NCBI GenBank assembly: GCA_965112155.1
Contig: OZ218102.1
From: Podarcis liolepis
Lineage: Eukaryota
Direction: 5' to 3' (one strand)
Length of the DNA stretch: 64,000 nt
Each line of letters starts with the position of its first letter. The stretch's first letter is position 1. Both the position numbers and the translations under genes were made by a program. Under the pieces are notes generated by a model. It worked only from the letters and a program-made list of their open reading frames with translations, was not told the DNA's origin and did not search any database. This document shows positions 14,345-27,333 of this stretch, one piece after another.

Positions 14345-14940
14345 TCCAGTAGTACAAGCCAGTTTCCAAAGTTAAGGTGTGGGGAAGAAGCAGGTTGTTT
14401 TGATCTCTGGGAGGAGTATAAATGAGTATCCAACAGTTGCAGGGAAGAGGTCAGGCTGGCAAAGCTCAGAATGAGCTGAGGCTTGCAAGAGAGGCTAAAA
14501 ATAATAATGTTTCTTCAGCTATGTTCAAAGCAAAAGGAAGAACAAGTAGGTAGTGGGTCTGCTGTGTGGAGAAGACAAAGAAATGCTATTGGGTGACAGA
14601 GAGAAGGCAGAACTGCTCAACATCTCCTTGGCTCTGTCTTCACTCGAAAGGAAATTGATTGATTGAATTAATTAATTAATTTATATACTGCCCTATACCC
14701 AGGGCTGTTCACAGAACAATGCAGAGCCCAACCTGGTGATAACAGAATAAACAATGTAAGGAGGGAGCCAAGGGTCTGGAAACTGAGCCTTATGAGGCAT
14801 GGTTGAAGGAATTGGGTATGTTTAGCCTGGTAAAAAGGAGACTGAGCCATCTTCAAATATCTAAAGGGCTGTTCACATGGAGGCTGGAGCAAGCTTGTTT
14901 TCTCCTGCTCTGGAGGATAGGGCCAGAACCAATGGTTTCT
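14345..14940 (+). mobile_element. CR1 LINE, internally deleted (tether region joined to 3' end)
   Basis: AKAQNELRLAREAKNN..FFSYVQSKRKNK / DREKAELLN..., then directly GLETEPYE..LKELGMFSL.KRRL. Confidence 0.8.
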
Positions 14941-15068
14941 GAGAGTGCCATTTCTTTGTGAAGGAAATACTTTGTTGTCTAGGAACTGTCTGTGTGCGAC
15001 AAAACTCAGATTTACAGGTGCTCAACCCTTTAAACAATGTTTCAAAGCACCCTTTAAAACATCAAATA

Positions 15069-15313
15069 CAGTGGATGCTCGGGTTGCAAACGTGATCCGT
15101 GCGGGATGCACGTTTTCAACCCACAGCGGCGCGTCTGCGCACATGTGGGTTGTGATTTGGCGCTTCTGCGCGTGAGCAAAGCGCTATTTAGCACTTCTGC
15201 GTATGTGTGACCTCCGAAACCCGAAAGTAACCCGTTCTGGTACTTCTGGGTTTCAGAGTGTCCGTAATCTGAAAAAACGCAACCTGAAGCGTCTGTAACC
15301 CAAGGTATGACTG
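15069..15313. mobile_element. Tc1/mariner (Tigger-like) MITE
   Basis: TA|CAGTGGATGCTCGGGTTGC ... GTAACCCAAGGTATGACTG|TA. Imperfect TIRs, TA TSD, CpG-rich. Confidence 0.75.
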
Positions 15314-16720
15314 TACATTAAAGCCATTGATTACATGTCCTGTCAATTTCAAGAGTCTGGCATGGTCTCAGGTTGATGTATTGAATGATAATATGCAAAT
15401 CTTTATTTTGGATTTTTATTTTGCTCCACTTACTTGCTGCCACATGAAAGTCCCTTAATAACATTTACTGTACAGTACATTAGAAGTAACTTGAAGGCGC
15501 ACTATGTCTTTGTAACTGACAGGTAGAAGAGAGTAGAGGTTAAGGATTCCTTTGTTTGCTGAGCATGTACCCCCTCCTTCCTAGTTGCATGACACCATTA
15601 AGGGTTCATATTTATTTATTTTTAGTGTGATGGAAAGCTTTATTCCAAATGCAAAAATTGCAACTAAATCAGAGACACTTGCAAGATTTTTTCTGTGATC
15701 AGTTAGCCTGTGATAACAAACCCTAAGGTCACTTTGGTCTTGGATATATGTGATCATTAATCAAAGGGTGAAGAGTATGTGAGAGCACAGAAAAGAATAG
15801 GAAATAATTAGAAGTGTTTGACTCATCACTGTTTCATTCACTGCTGCAATTGTGCAAATAAATGGACATTATATAGGAAAGGCAGACATAGGACAAGTGC
15901 AAAATAAATTATTAACCCCCAAAAGTGACTTGTCAATTACTGTCTGGCTAAAATACTCTGGGATTCCCTGCCCATGAAAATATATTGTATGAGGCAGGAT
16001 AACAACATTGGATCACTAAATTCCAAAGCAACCTCTGATACAATTGGTGTAAGGAACAAGTCCAGTTCATGCACTTGTACTTTGACACTCAGTAATGATA
16101 ATGATAATGATAATAATGATAACCCACAAACAATTGTAGAGCCAGGAACACCATGTGCCCTTTTCCCACTGCAGTCACTCACACCTGGCTACTTCTCAAG
16201 GTTGGGGTATCTTCCAGAGAAGAGTCTGCTACAAAGTGAGGCAATACAGCCAGAATTGGAAATAAGATACACAATGAATACATCAGACTGCTTTCCACTT
16301 ATGCAAGGGCTCTGTGGATGCTGACGTAGAGATCTTATGATTTTTTTTGGCAGTAGGTCCAGCAAATTCTTTGCAATACATAATTCACTTATTGAATTCA
16401 TTACTACAAAATGTGGTGTTGGCCACTCACTAAGTTAGTTTTGTAAAATGATAAACTCACAGAGGATAGGTCAGTCAATGGCTGTTCACTATTTAAATAT
16501 TCATACGCAAAGCCTTATACTTCTGATGACAACATAATTGGGCATCCAAAAGGAGATGGTTATCGCCCTCAAATCTTGTTGGAAGCAAAATGCTGAGTAG
16601 ATGCTTCTTTGGTGTGCTTGAGGAAGAAAATACAATTGTTTACTCTGTGTGTTGCAGGGGGGGTTGCTATTAACTTTCACAAAAAGAGAACATTAACAAT
16701 ACCCTCATATGTTCTGTTTG

Positions 16721-16980
16721 TAGTGGTGGCTGGTCCATTGGGGCTGGTAGTAAGTAAGGCAGGAGGCCAAGAGTAGGTGAAGCCAGAACCAGCGGCAGGC
16801 AGAGCCAAATAGTTTTGCCACTATCAGTCTCAGTATTGAGTTCTACGAAGGCAATACTGAGACTAAGAAGCAGAATGCCTTCATCCCCTGTATGGTTGTA
16901 AAAAATGTAAGCAGGTGGGACCTAGCTGAAGGCAGGCTAAAGTTGGTGCAGCAGTGTCCCTAAGGGATCTGCCTTCACTG
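16721..16980. mobile_element. Probable old hAT-type MITE
   Basis: Degenerate TIRs TAGTGGTGGC / GCCTTCACTG. 8-bp TSD TCTGTTTG/TTTGTTTG. Confidence 0.5.
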
Positions 16981-17673
16981 TTTGTTTGGTAACCTGCTTT
17001 CACTTATACAGTCCTAGATTAGTCTAGTCTAGATGGGGACTTTTTGCCAGGTAACCAAAACCTGAAATAAAAAAATCTAGATATATAAACAATTTACAGA
17101 ATAAACCAGTTTCCCCCGGCAGTCATCCCAGGTACCATAAGATTTTGTAGATCTCTCTCTCTGTGGGTAAAAGAGGTGTGGGTCTGGCCTTACAATCCGC
17201 TCTCCTAAGCAGCATAGGAGGCATTCCAGGGTTAGACCATTCCCCAACAGGCCTTAGAATGGTGGTCCTCTCTCTCTCTCTCTCTCTCAACTAACACACT
17301 GACAAGGGGAAGCGTTGCCACCTCCCAAGCTTCTGCCAATCTGGCATGCCAGTGTGGGCCTGGGAAGGCTGTACATGCTTGACTGCCTTTGATTCTATCT
17401 TCCCCAACCTACTGTGATTGCTGTAACCATCTTATGTCTAGCATTTGTGATTGTTGAGAAAACAAAGTAATCATATTGATAGCTCTCTCTAGACTTGAGT
17501 GTTTTGAGGGCCAACAGGGATGTGGGTTTGCTTTTGTCCTTTTGCAAAAGCAGAGTTTGTGTGCAGTTAGCATTATTGCTAGTAGGGGAAATTTCATACA
17601 AATGCTGTTGAAATCCATTCTATAGCCAACAAAACAAAAGGCCAGTGAAAATGATGTCTTCATTTTGTAATCC

Positions 17674-17679
17674 TTTATT
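17674..17679 (-). terminator. Distal polyadenylation signal AATAAA
   Basis: Minus-strand AATAAA, then CA ~18 nt later and a ttttgttttgttgg GU-rich element (17626-17640). Confidence 0.6.
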
Positions 17680-18657
17680 TTTTTTAAATTTGATCCTCCC
17701 ATAGTAATGTACTGAAATGCATAACAGTTACATTGTACAAAGCATTTAAAGAAAGTACCTCAACTTGCTGGTTATTTCAAAATGAGATAATAAACAAAAA
17801 GGAAAATAAAATCTGGTCCCTCACCAAAAGGGCGAAATTCTTGGCCCCCTCCCGCCCCTGCCCCCAAAATAACAGAATACAATTCATTATTTATTTATTG
17901 GGGGTTTTCTTTTTTAAACATAAGTTTGGAACACTTCATTTTACAAATAGGATTAACATGAACGTAACATCACACAAGCTCGCAGACAACCGGCATAAAA
18001 TATTGGGTACAGCTTTCTTTTTCTTTTTTTAATCAGAAGAATCATGCTTTCATGAAGAAAAAATTAGAATGCTTTATACATTTGAATCATTTTTGCTGTA
18101 TTACAAAAAAAATCTCTAAATCACCTCTATTCATTATTTAGTTTTAGTAAAAGGAAAAAAACGATAGTAAAAGAGGAATGTAAGAAATCTTTTTTAAACA
18201 CTGTTTGCACGAACATATATGCAGATCAGTTCGCCTCCTTTTTTTAAGTCCATGGGTGCCCAGAAAAATGATGTGGGGTGGGGTTGGAGAGAACTCGAAC
18301 AGTGCTATTAATTTCATATGAACAGTGCTACATTTAGCAAGAGTGCTTTTTTCTTAATCCACAAACAATTGTTTGCCAACAAATAAATTACATGTACACG
18401 CAACACCAATAAAGAAAGAAATCAAGAGCAACAAATGAACACCAACAAAATAAAACAAACAAAACAGTGACATGATTGTCTAAAATTAAAATGCCATTAC
18501 ATTGATCAGGGAAACATTGAACTATAGTGGTATGTTTGATGACTGTGGTCTTTTGCATGTAGTATGCTGAAAGACTCACCTCCTTTAATTGCTGAACTCT
18601 CCCAAGATTTTTTTTCTTCTTTTTTTACAATATACACAGACGTCTCTCATGTGGTTC

Positions 18658-18663
18658 TTTATT
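18658..18663 (-). terminator. Candidate proximal polyadenylation signal AATAAA
   Basis: Minus-strand AATAAA ~600 nt after the stop. Further AATAAAs at 17890-17899. Confidence 0.35.
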
Positions 18664-19264
18664 TTTACAATGCAGTTCAGAAGGCAAAAGTTAAGGAGGG
18701 GGCAAAATATTCCTTGTGATTAGGTTCTAGATTAATGGTAGATGTACATTCGAGGGAACTGCTTTGTCTTCCTTAAATGGTTTCAAACGCATAAAGCATA
18801 GATGAAGAGGATTTGTATAGAAAAGCAACTGTTCCTAATCCTGCCTACAATTACCATTCTACACGGGGGGGGGGGGGGGACTCAAAAAGGAAAAAACAAT
18901 TCTGTTTTAGTTTAAAGGAGTGCTAACGTGTGTGTAACAATACACGTCTTAACCCATAAGTCCCTCCCCAAGCAGGTGGAGTGGAAGACACATATTCCCC
19001 AACAAGGTCTATTTGATCCATGTATTTTGAAAGTCGCATTGATCCTCAAAATGTCAGCAGCTGCCTTCGCTGTGCAAAACAAAAGATTGAGAATAAATAG
19101 TTTTCTTTCTTTCTTTCAAATCATTCAGTTTAAGGTCACCTGACTTTAAATGTGACCCATCAGATTTCTAAGGCATTCTGCTCTGCAGTCTTTTAAATAG
19201 TCTTCTAGCAAAGAGCCATGTTGCTAGTTTGGACTTGGTCCCAATCCTGTTACGTTTGACGGTG

Positions 19265-19399
19265 TCATACATGACTAATGGACTGGATGGCACTGGATTC
19301 TGCAGCAACTCTTGCCATACTGTGCCACACATTGGATGAATTGTGGGGTGCAGAGTGGAGAGAGTCCTTGTCGGAGAGTGAAAGCATCATAGCAATGGC
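19265..19399 (-). CDS. MECOM: MECOM terminal coding exon [44 protein letters not shown]
   Basis: Long pyrimidine tract + ctgtag|GCC. TGA stop at 19267-19265. Matches the EVI1 C-terminus. Confidence 0.96.
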   Translation of the reverse strand, partial: AIAMMLSLSDKDSLHSAPHNSSNVWHSMARVAAESSAIQSISHV

Positions 19400-21167
19400 C
19401 TACAGTTGAAGAAGGAGGAGGAAGAAGTCAAAATAAGATATTCAGTAATATCATTTAGAGTCATAGTTCTATCGTGGAAGAACCTATTCTTTCAGTGGGA
19501 ATCAGCAGTATGGCTCCCACCTGGGAACCATTTTGGAATTCACCCTGTACCACAAAGTCCTCTCACTAGATTTCTGAAGGTTCATGACAGAAAAAATGGA
19601 AACTGTGCGAGGCCTGTGTTGTTAAACCCTTTGGATCTGTGTACTTTACTTTATGGGCCCCCAATGTGGCAGAGGGAAAAGCCAAAGAACTTCATATACC
19701 TTATTTACTTGAATCTAATGCTCACCTTTTTTGGCCAAATTACGTTGTGAAAATTAAGGTGCACATTAGATTCGATGAAACATTAGACTTGAGTAAATAC
19801 AGTAGTATGGAAACAAAGAAAAGGCAGCCGGGGGCATAGTCAGAAAGGCAGCCGCAACAATGTTTGGATAGACAAGGGAATTTTGCCTTCTCTATTCCTC
19901 CCCTGCAGCAAAAACTGGTGTGTTTCCAGCTAGGCCCTCAGTTGAGCAAAACTGCAGTTATTTTGCCACTAGTGGCCAAAATGGCAACACTTCATGCCCC
20001 ACAGTTGGAGAAATGCTGCACTAATGGGGTTAATTACCTTGGTACAGAACAATTCAGTGATTTCAAAACCTAATTACATGACTATGGTCTTTACTTCATG
20101 GAAGTAAGTTAAGAGGATCCCCATGGATTTCACTGTGTTGTGGCATGTTCCGAATCTTCTCAAACAAGTTTAAATGAACTAATATGTTAACCTTCTCTGC
20201 AAAGTAGAAAACTGACGAGGATTGGCAGTATTCATGGGCCTACTGGGGACATTAAAATTTCTACTAGCATGTGTAAGTACACTTGACTCCTTTCCAGAAA
20301 AGTATAGTTTCAGGTTACAACTAGACAGCCTAGCCATCTCAGTTGTACCACCCAGTAAAAACGAATAATAGGACCAGTGCAGACAAAACATTGGAACTCT
20401 CTTGTCTATGAATACGGGAATGGAACAGACCACAGGATTGCACTCTCTCTTTCTCTTAGTACTCAATTCTCCAGTGCATATTTCCTCCATCTATCTTAAC
20501 AAATGTCAGGAATTACATTGGCACCAACATTAACTATGGTTTGCACTAATCTTTATTTTTCTTTAAAAGTCCTTAATTTACAGGTGTTAAAACACAAGGT
20601 CAAATCTTCTTAGCCAGGTTTGGAAACCTGGGTTTGGAAACAGTTTCAAAGAACAAACATCATTGTTAATGTTGGTGGCTGAACCGCTGTCATTAGCCTG
20701 GATATATTTGTACTAGAGAAGAAAGGGGAAAAGAGAAGATGCATGTGATCCAATGCTGTCTTCCTGATCTCTTAACTGCAGTTGAGCAGCGTCTGTCCAC
20801 CATTTTCTCAGCACCAGCTCAGTTGGATGTGGTGCTGATGCAGCAGCACTTGCTCATCTACCATGGGCCAGAAAAACAGAGGTGCATTAACCATATCAGC
20901 ACAAAAGGTCAAAAAAATTGAGGTGGCCTTTTGAGGGTATCTCCAGATGGGTTTCTTACTGTTGGTATATGCAGCAACAAGTGTTTTATTTTTTTCAGTG
21001 TACATTTGTACGGGACTGTCTGCTCCTCTGCTACTCTCAGGATTATTGACTCGGCACTGGCTTTCTTTGACTCCTCCCAATCTATTGTTTCAATCCCCAC
21101 CATCACTCTTCCCACCCTTCCCAACCAGATTACAATTTATCCTGAAAGCACAATAAAATAGATTTAC

Positions 21168-21354
21168 CTGGGATTTGGACTTGCGACACAATGGCTGCTT
21201 TAAGTCTTCTGGCAGATGGGAGGTGCTAAATGCTGCCAGTTCAGCTTCACTGAACTGGCTTTCTTCTGCTTTCCTCACTTTGAGGCTATCAGTGAAGTGC
21301 CTTATATGGTCCAACGCAGAAAGTCCAGTTTTATTAAACTCATCTTCCTTATAC
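21168..21354 (-). CDS. MECOM: MECOM exon (R)[25 protein letters not shown]...RKSKSQ
   Basis: 187 nt, catag|G TAT AAG..., TCC CAG|gtaaat. Confidence 0.96.
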
Positions 21355-21759
21355 CTATGAAACGTCCAAAGATTGGCATACTGATTGGTTTTGAAAAGCA
21401 AATTATCAGTGATTTTTAAAAAATAGTAATTGAAATATTTTGTCTGGTCTTTCCTTTAACAGACTTTGGGCAAAACTGAGGGCATAATAGACATGGTTCT
21501 TTTTTTAAATTAAATTCTTAACCATATGATTAGGTTCTACTGATTTAAATGAAACTATAAAGTGTGGCTAACTTTCTCTGGATCACACCCCTTAGAAAGC
21601 TGCTCAGTTGCACAATAGTTTTTCTATTCCAAACCTTGTCCACAAATAATTATTAACAGGCATATTTAGGTCAACCTGCAAATACAGAACCTGGATTAAG
21701 CCCTAGAAATTGGGACTTCTGCTGTATTTTCTACCATCTTGCTTTGATTTTGCTCCTAC

Positions 21760-21987
21760 CTGCCAGGAGAAGTCTTGCAATTCATTTCCAAAGCATTTGC
21801 TTCTTCATAGTCACCCTCTTCACATATGCTGCTTACAGCTGGTTCTTTAACTGACCCCCCTGTTATCTCACTTTCTTCATCTTCTTCATCCATCATTACT
21901 TCATCTTCTGCTTCTTCATCTTCCAACAAGTCTGAGTTCTGGCTTGTCACCAGAGCCTTTTCATCCTTAAAGTGACTTCCATTAATT
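21760..21987 (-). CDS. MECOM: MECOM acidic-domain exon (R)[25 protein letters not shown]...NCKTSPG(R)
   Basis: 228 nt, tttttttgaag|A ATT AAT GGA..., GGC AG|gtagga. Confidence 0.95.
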
Positions 21988-23857
21988 CTTCAAAAAAATA
22001 CATATCAAATGAAAACAAAATTACCTGTTAGCAGTTGCAGAAACAGGACCTTGCTTTCTAAACTTTGTTTTGCATTAACTATCCCATAGGTGGTAATTGC
22101 CATAATTAAAACCAATAACCGCTCTGTCCACTTTATTAAGTGGCCAATAATCCTTTGAAATTCAATTCACAGTCTGACAGAATGGTGAAGATAGCTTTTC
22201 TCACCATTACATCTGAGTTTTAGATTACTACATTTCATTATTCTTGAAAGTACAATTCCCAGTATAGTTACAATTGTCCAAAAGGAAAAAAAATTCATGT
22301 TCTCAACTGTCTCTCACTGCCCTATTAACCATGGGGCAATAAGCATAACAACGATCAGTAGCATACAATCTGCTTCACAGCATAGTTGGAAAGTAATGGG
22401 TTACCACTTCACAGGCTTGTTGTGAGGACAAAATAGAATAACAGTCATGGGGCAAGGGTGCAATACATTTTACATAAAGGCCTTCTACCTAGATCTTGGG
22501 CTTGCAGTGAGTATTGTGTTGGGGAGGTGCAGAGCACTATGAACACATCGGCTTCAAAGTGAAATCAATAGGCCTAGATGCATTTAATTCTATAAAAGAT
22601 TGTGACCTTTGTCATGGAGAAGCAGTCATGTGAATTACTGACACTGTTTAGTACCTCACACCAAAAAATTATTCCATAGATTTTAAGAAGCATTCTGTAT
22701 AATTTAAATGGAGATAAGTTTTGATTGGTTTGCCTTGTTATCATAACATTTTAAACTCAAACATGTAACGAAATGTTCTAGTTCACCGGAAGCTCTCAGT
22801 CCTTCTCAACCCATTCCCTAGAGAAAAATTACCCCTTTCTAAATACAAAGGAATTTCACTTTTCATCTGATAGCTTTTAGATTTTCCAATAAATTGTCTG
22901 TTAGGCTATATAAAATGAAACCACACCAGACATTATCCCCTAATTGCCTAAATCATGTAGGGTTACCCACAAACAATAATCTTTTGGATCATTTAACAAG
23001 CTTGTGTCTACATTGGTCAACATGTCTATATTCCTTCATTTATACTTCAAGAAGAAAAAGAAATAGAATTTAACCAATTATCATTAAGGATTATAGGATC
23101 CATTAAACATGAGGAAATTATCTTGGAATAACCATAAAGAAACCCATAATTTTGCAATGATGTTGAAAAAAGTGACCATCTCACTTGTGGGTATCTTTGG
23201 CATCTTTTATCAGGATGCCCTGGCAGAACTTCTTGGACAGTCTTAAGAAACTATGAGCTATAAACCAGGGGTTGCCAGATTTTTAAACCATGCCAGAAGA
23301 AGACAGTTTGAAGTGAAAAAGGACTTGGATTTAAACCAAAGTAATGAAAGCCACATGATTAAAAAAACAGATTTGCTAATTATGCTTTTCATATGCAGTA
23401 ATTTGCCAAGTATGAAATATCTATCAAAATTTTGAAAGGAATCACTGGATGACCCATCAACCTTTTTTCCCTTATAGACTTCCTATCAGAGGACATGTTG
23501 AGACCAGATGTGGGGGGGGGACTAACCCATGACAATCAAGCAGGAACAAAATTTGAATGTGTATGTAATGTATTATCAGCTGCCTTCATGAATATATGCC
23601 TACTAGTTTTGACCCAGCATAAAAATGAGCGAGAAACTTTAAAAATAGAAAGTCATAAGCCATATGCAATTTCTGCCCTTGAACATGGAAAGCAAATTAA
23701 TGTGAGAGAGAAGGCAGTAAATAAATTTGACCCAGAACATAATCACACACCATGTTACACATCTGTGGAAAGCTTATGCTTATCCCCAATTCAAGTGCTG
23801 TTTCAAATCCAAAATATGCACTTGAACCATATATTGATTTATAGTCTGTTGATGCAT

Positions 23858-23908
23858 TAGAGTGGCTAGGACAACCCAGACAGATGGGTGGGGTGTAAAT
23901 AAAAAAAT

Positions 23909-23947
<39 letters not shown>
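23858..23947 (+). repeat. Short L2-type 3' tail ending in (TAG)n microsatellite
   Basis: agagtggctaggacaacccagacagatgggtggggtgtaaat is the reverse complement of the tails at ~880-930 and ~51003-51075. (TAG)n at 23909-23947. Confidence 0.65.
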
Positions 23948-24797
23948 GGGTTTTACTTAATACACACAGTTCACTTTCTTTACTGAAATATGTAGTGGAC
24001 AAAATGGGCGGTAATATAATTTTACATTCGTGTTGAACAATTATATTGATCTTCATTAGGAATGTATCCTTGCTAGCTGTTATTCCCAGAATATAGGGCA
24101 GTTTATGCCTCACCCTGGTAGTGCCCCACATTATGGATACACTTGTATGATTTTGAAACAGTGAGTATTTTATGAAATACAGTTTTTTCCAGCAGTGTTC
24201 CTAATGATGTCATCATAAGAATCATGGCCTGCTTTAGCATTGCATAGGTTGATATAATAAATTAACCTATAATTTGATGGTTGGAAATGGTTCAAGCTTG
24301 CCTTTTCAGAGAATTTGTGGATGGTAAATCAGGAATTGTGGTGTAGCTGGCCCTCTCTGCATCTGTAACAAATGTCTCACTATCCCACATTAAATACAGA
24401 GCAGCTTCTAGCTCTGAATCAGGTGTTTGGTTATATGCAAAAAGCTAAAACTGGTGCAAATCCCTGAAGGGAAAGTGATGTCCAATAAGATTACATGGGC
24501 ATCCAAATACTGCCAGGGGGTTAGTAATTTCCTTCCCAATTCCTCACCATTTGGAGGAAACTTCAAACTTCTCTTTCCTAACTCAAACATATATTGTTGA
24601 TATTGCTGAACTGGGAATGATTGAAACTTGCTAATGCATGAAACATTTATTGTGAAAGCACTGGATTTGTATTTTGTATGCAATCCATTTCGACCTGCTT
24701 AGTTTGGCCACTTTAACATCAGCACATGTAACTTTGCTAATTGCCAGGAGATCCAAACTATGTTTTCAAAAAGATTTTGTGAAGATATTGCTAAGGA

Positions 24798-24865
24798 TAG
24801 TGTAGTGTAGTGTAGTGTAGTGTAGTGTAGTGTAGTGTAGTGTAGTGTAGTGTAGTGTAGTGTAG
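24798..24865. repeat. (TAGTG)n pentanucleotide microsatellite
   Basis: About 13 perfect units. Confidence 0.97.
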
Positions 24866-25164
24866 AAAACACAACAAACACATTAACTGTAGTAGTTTTG
24901 CCTGTTAGAAATGGTCAAAATTAAGTTAGCTTTGGGATTGCACGATTATGATAGATGTGCAAATTTTTATGTCTTGTATGTAATGGAGACAATCCAGAGA
25001 AAGTTCTGTGTAATCGGACTACAATGATATCAAGAAAACTCCATGACTGTGATTCAGTCCCACAGGCTTTAAAGGGAGTATGTCACCTTGATTTTGCCCA
25101 ATTCCCTTTGGAAATAAGCTGGAAATGTAACACTTCAGCAGTAAGGAAACAACAGTTAACCCTA

Positions 25165-25329
<165 letters not shown>

Positions 25330-25808
25330 CTATCAGAATTATGTTAATTTTTATTAATTTATTAACTACTTTCTTCACAAGTGTCTCAAGGAAACATACA
25401 ATAAAAAAATAGTGCCAAAGTTCCCAAATGCCATCATTGCACATCTTATCAAATCAAGAAAAGAAATGCTTGATGAAACACACTCAACTATAATAGAAAT
25501 GGTTCAGCTGGAAGTGAGCAAAACAAATGAAGAACTGGAGGTGCACAGTCCTATGGACCCATCCCATCCTATAGGTGTCCTCAGGAAAGGATCTCCAAAG
25601 AAAGTTTCTCAAAACAAGAAGTGGGACTGGGCTGCCAGATTTGCTTGCAGCACAGAAAACAAGCATGGAGAGAAATAGCATAGTTTACACAGCTGGCTGC
25701 CACAATGATCAAAGAAACTAAGCGTTCTGATTCTGGGCTCAATTAAATAACATTGAAAAATTGAACTGTGTTAGGTGAGGAAGCAGCTTGTGCCTCACTG
25801 GTCAATTG

Positions 25809-25956
25809 TAGGGTTGCCATATTTTAAGATGTAAAAATCCAGACAAAAATTGTTGAGCTTTTTGTGGGAAATCAACCAAAAATGGCAGAGAGTGATGCAT
25901 TCCCCCAACCCCAGACGCTAATTTCGCTCTTTGAATCCATACATATGGCAACCCTA
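25809..25956. mobile_element. hAT (Blackjack-like) MITE
   Basis: Perfect TIR TAGGGTTGCCATA / TATGGCAACCCTA. TSD GTCAATTG/GTCAGTTG. Confidence 0.85.
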
Positions 25957-26471
25957 GTCAGTTGCCAAGCCCTCTTAGGGAGACCCGCCTCACATACTGA
26001 AAAGTGCAATATGATGCATAGATTCCACTAACGTTTATAGAACTTAGTATTTATTTCAGAGTGCAGGCATCTGAAAATTTTTCTCATTTTAGTCTTAAAA
26101 AATAGATGACCATTTTCATCTAATCCATTGATCCAGTGGAGATAAACTTGCATATGTTGCTAGTTGTACACAATAGTCTACATAACTTTCTCTATCAAAA
26201 CTGGTATATTAGGCTGATGCTGCCCAGGTCTTAAACCATACCAACTTCCTGGATCAAAATTCGGATCTGATTTCGGACAAGTATTTAAGATTTTAGTCAC
26301 AAGTACATAAAAACCTAAGGATAATGTTCAAGCCCATTGTATTCTTCTGTCATAGGAAGATCCCTGTAATAGTTGTGGGATGAAAACCATGATCTGCAGT
26401 GTCACAAGAATGCCACACCTGTACAACAGACCTGTATGATCTCATGAATTCCCCTTAAATGATTTATTTTA

Positions 26472-26711
<240 letters not shown>

Positions 26712-26864
26712 TCAAATGAAACTAGAGAGCAACCATCTCAATTCAGCTCCACCGCAGTTTTGCTAAACCCAGTAATATCTCCCCCACCCCATATATTTTA
26801 TTTGGTTTTTCAATAAAATAGCAAACATTGCAGGTCTCCTATCCAGTTACAGAACTACAGAGTA

Positions 26865-27219
26865 CAGTGGTGCCTCGCAAGACGAAATTAATTCGTTCCG
26901 CAAGTTTTGTCGTCTTGCGGTTTTTTTCGTCTTGCGAAGCACGGTGTCGGGAAAGTTTTGGAAAAGCTTCAAAAATCACCAAAGTCTTTAAAAACCTCAA
27001 AAAAGGCTACCACACCGCGTGCTATGAGTTGCTCCTCGAAGTCAAGTCACAACTGTATTAACGGTGTTAAGAAAAAGGAAACAAACTTGCAAGACGTTTC
27101 CATCTTGCGAAGCAAGCCCATAGGGAAAATCGTCTTGCGAAGCAGCTCAAAAAACAAAAAACCCTTTCATCTTGCGAGTTTTTTGTCTTGCGAGGCATTC
27201 GTCTTGCGAGGTACCACTG
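26865..27219. mobile_element. Tc1/mariner (Tigger-like) MITE, young
   Basis: TA|CAGTGGTGCCTCGCAAGACGAA ... TTCGTCTTGCGAGGTACCACTG|TA. Repeated CGTCTTGCG subterminal motifs; CpGs intact. Confidence 0.9.
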
Positions 27220-27253
27220 TAAGGTGAAAGAGCAGAGGGAAATCTGAACAACA

Positions 27254-27333
27254 AATCATAGAATCATAGGGTAACAGTAGCGTTGGAAGGTGCCCCAAGA
27301 GTCATGTAGCCCAACAACCTGCAATGCAGGAAT
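27254..27333 (-). mobile_element. CR1-type / SINE 3' tail
   Basis: Reverse complement reads attcctgcattgcagg...ccttccaac...ctatgattctatgatt, the same tail as the SINEs at 32007 and 63348. Confidence 0.7.

Larger units (their letters stand above)
17655..19264 (-). other. MECOM: MECOM 3' UTR (3' end approximate)
   Basis: AU-rich, transposon-free stretch after the stop, ending at an AATAAA with a CA and a GU-rich downstream element. Confidence 0.7.

Noticed and set aside
1-17600. A second gene (e.g. an EGFEM1-like neighbour) downstream of MECOM
   Set aside because: No ORF with recognisable domains or exon-like structure; only repeats and short random ORFs.
23697-24131. 144-aa ORF with poly-Thr, and the poly-Met/ERKK ORF at 50707-51003
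   Set aside because: Translations of (TAG)n, (CAT)n and (TTTC)n microsatellites.
24798-24865. Regular short repeats (TAGTG)n and TTAGCG arrays as a CRISPR-like or telomeric array
   Set aside because: A simple microsatellite and MITE-internal repeats; no spacers, not TTAGGG, vertebrate DNA.
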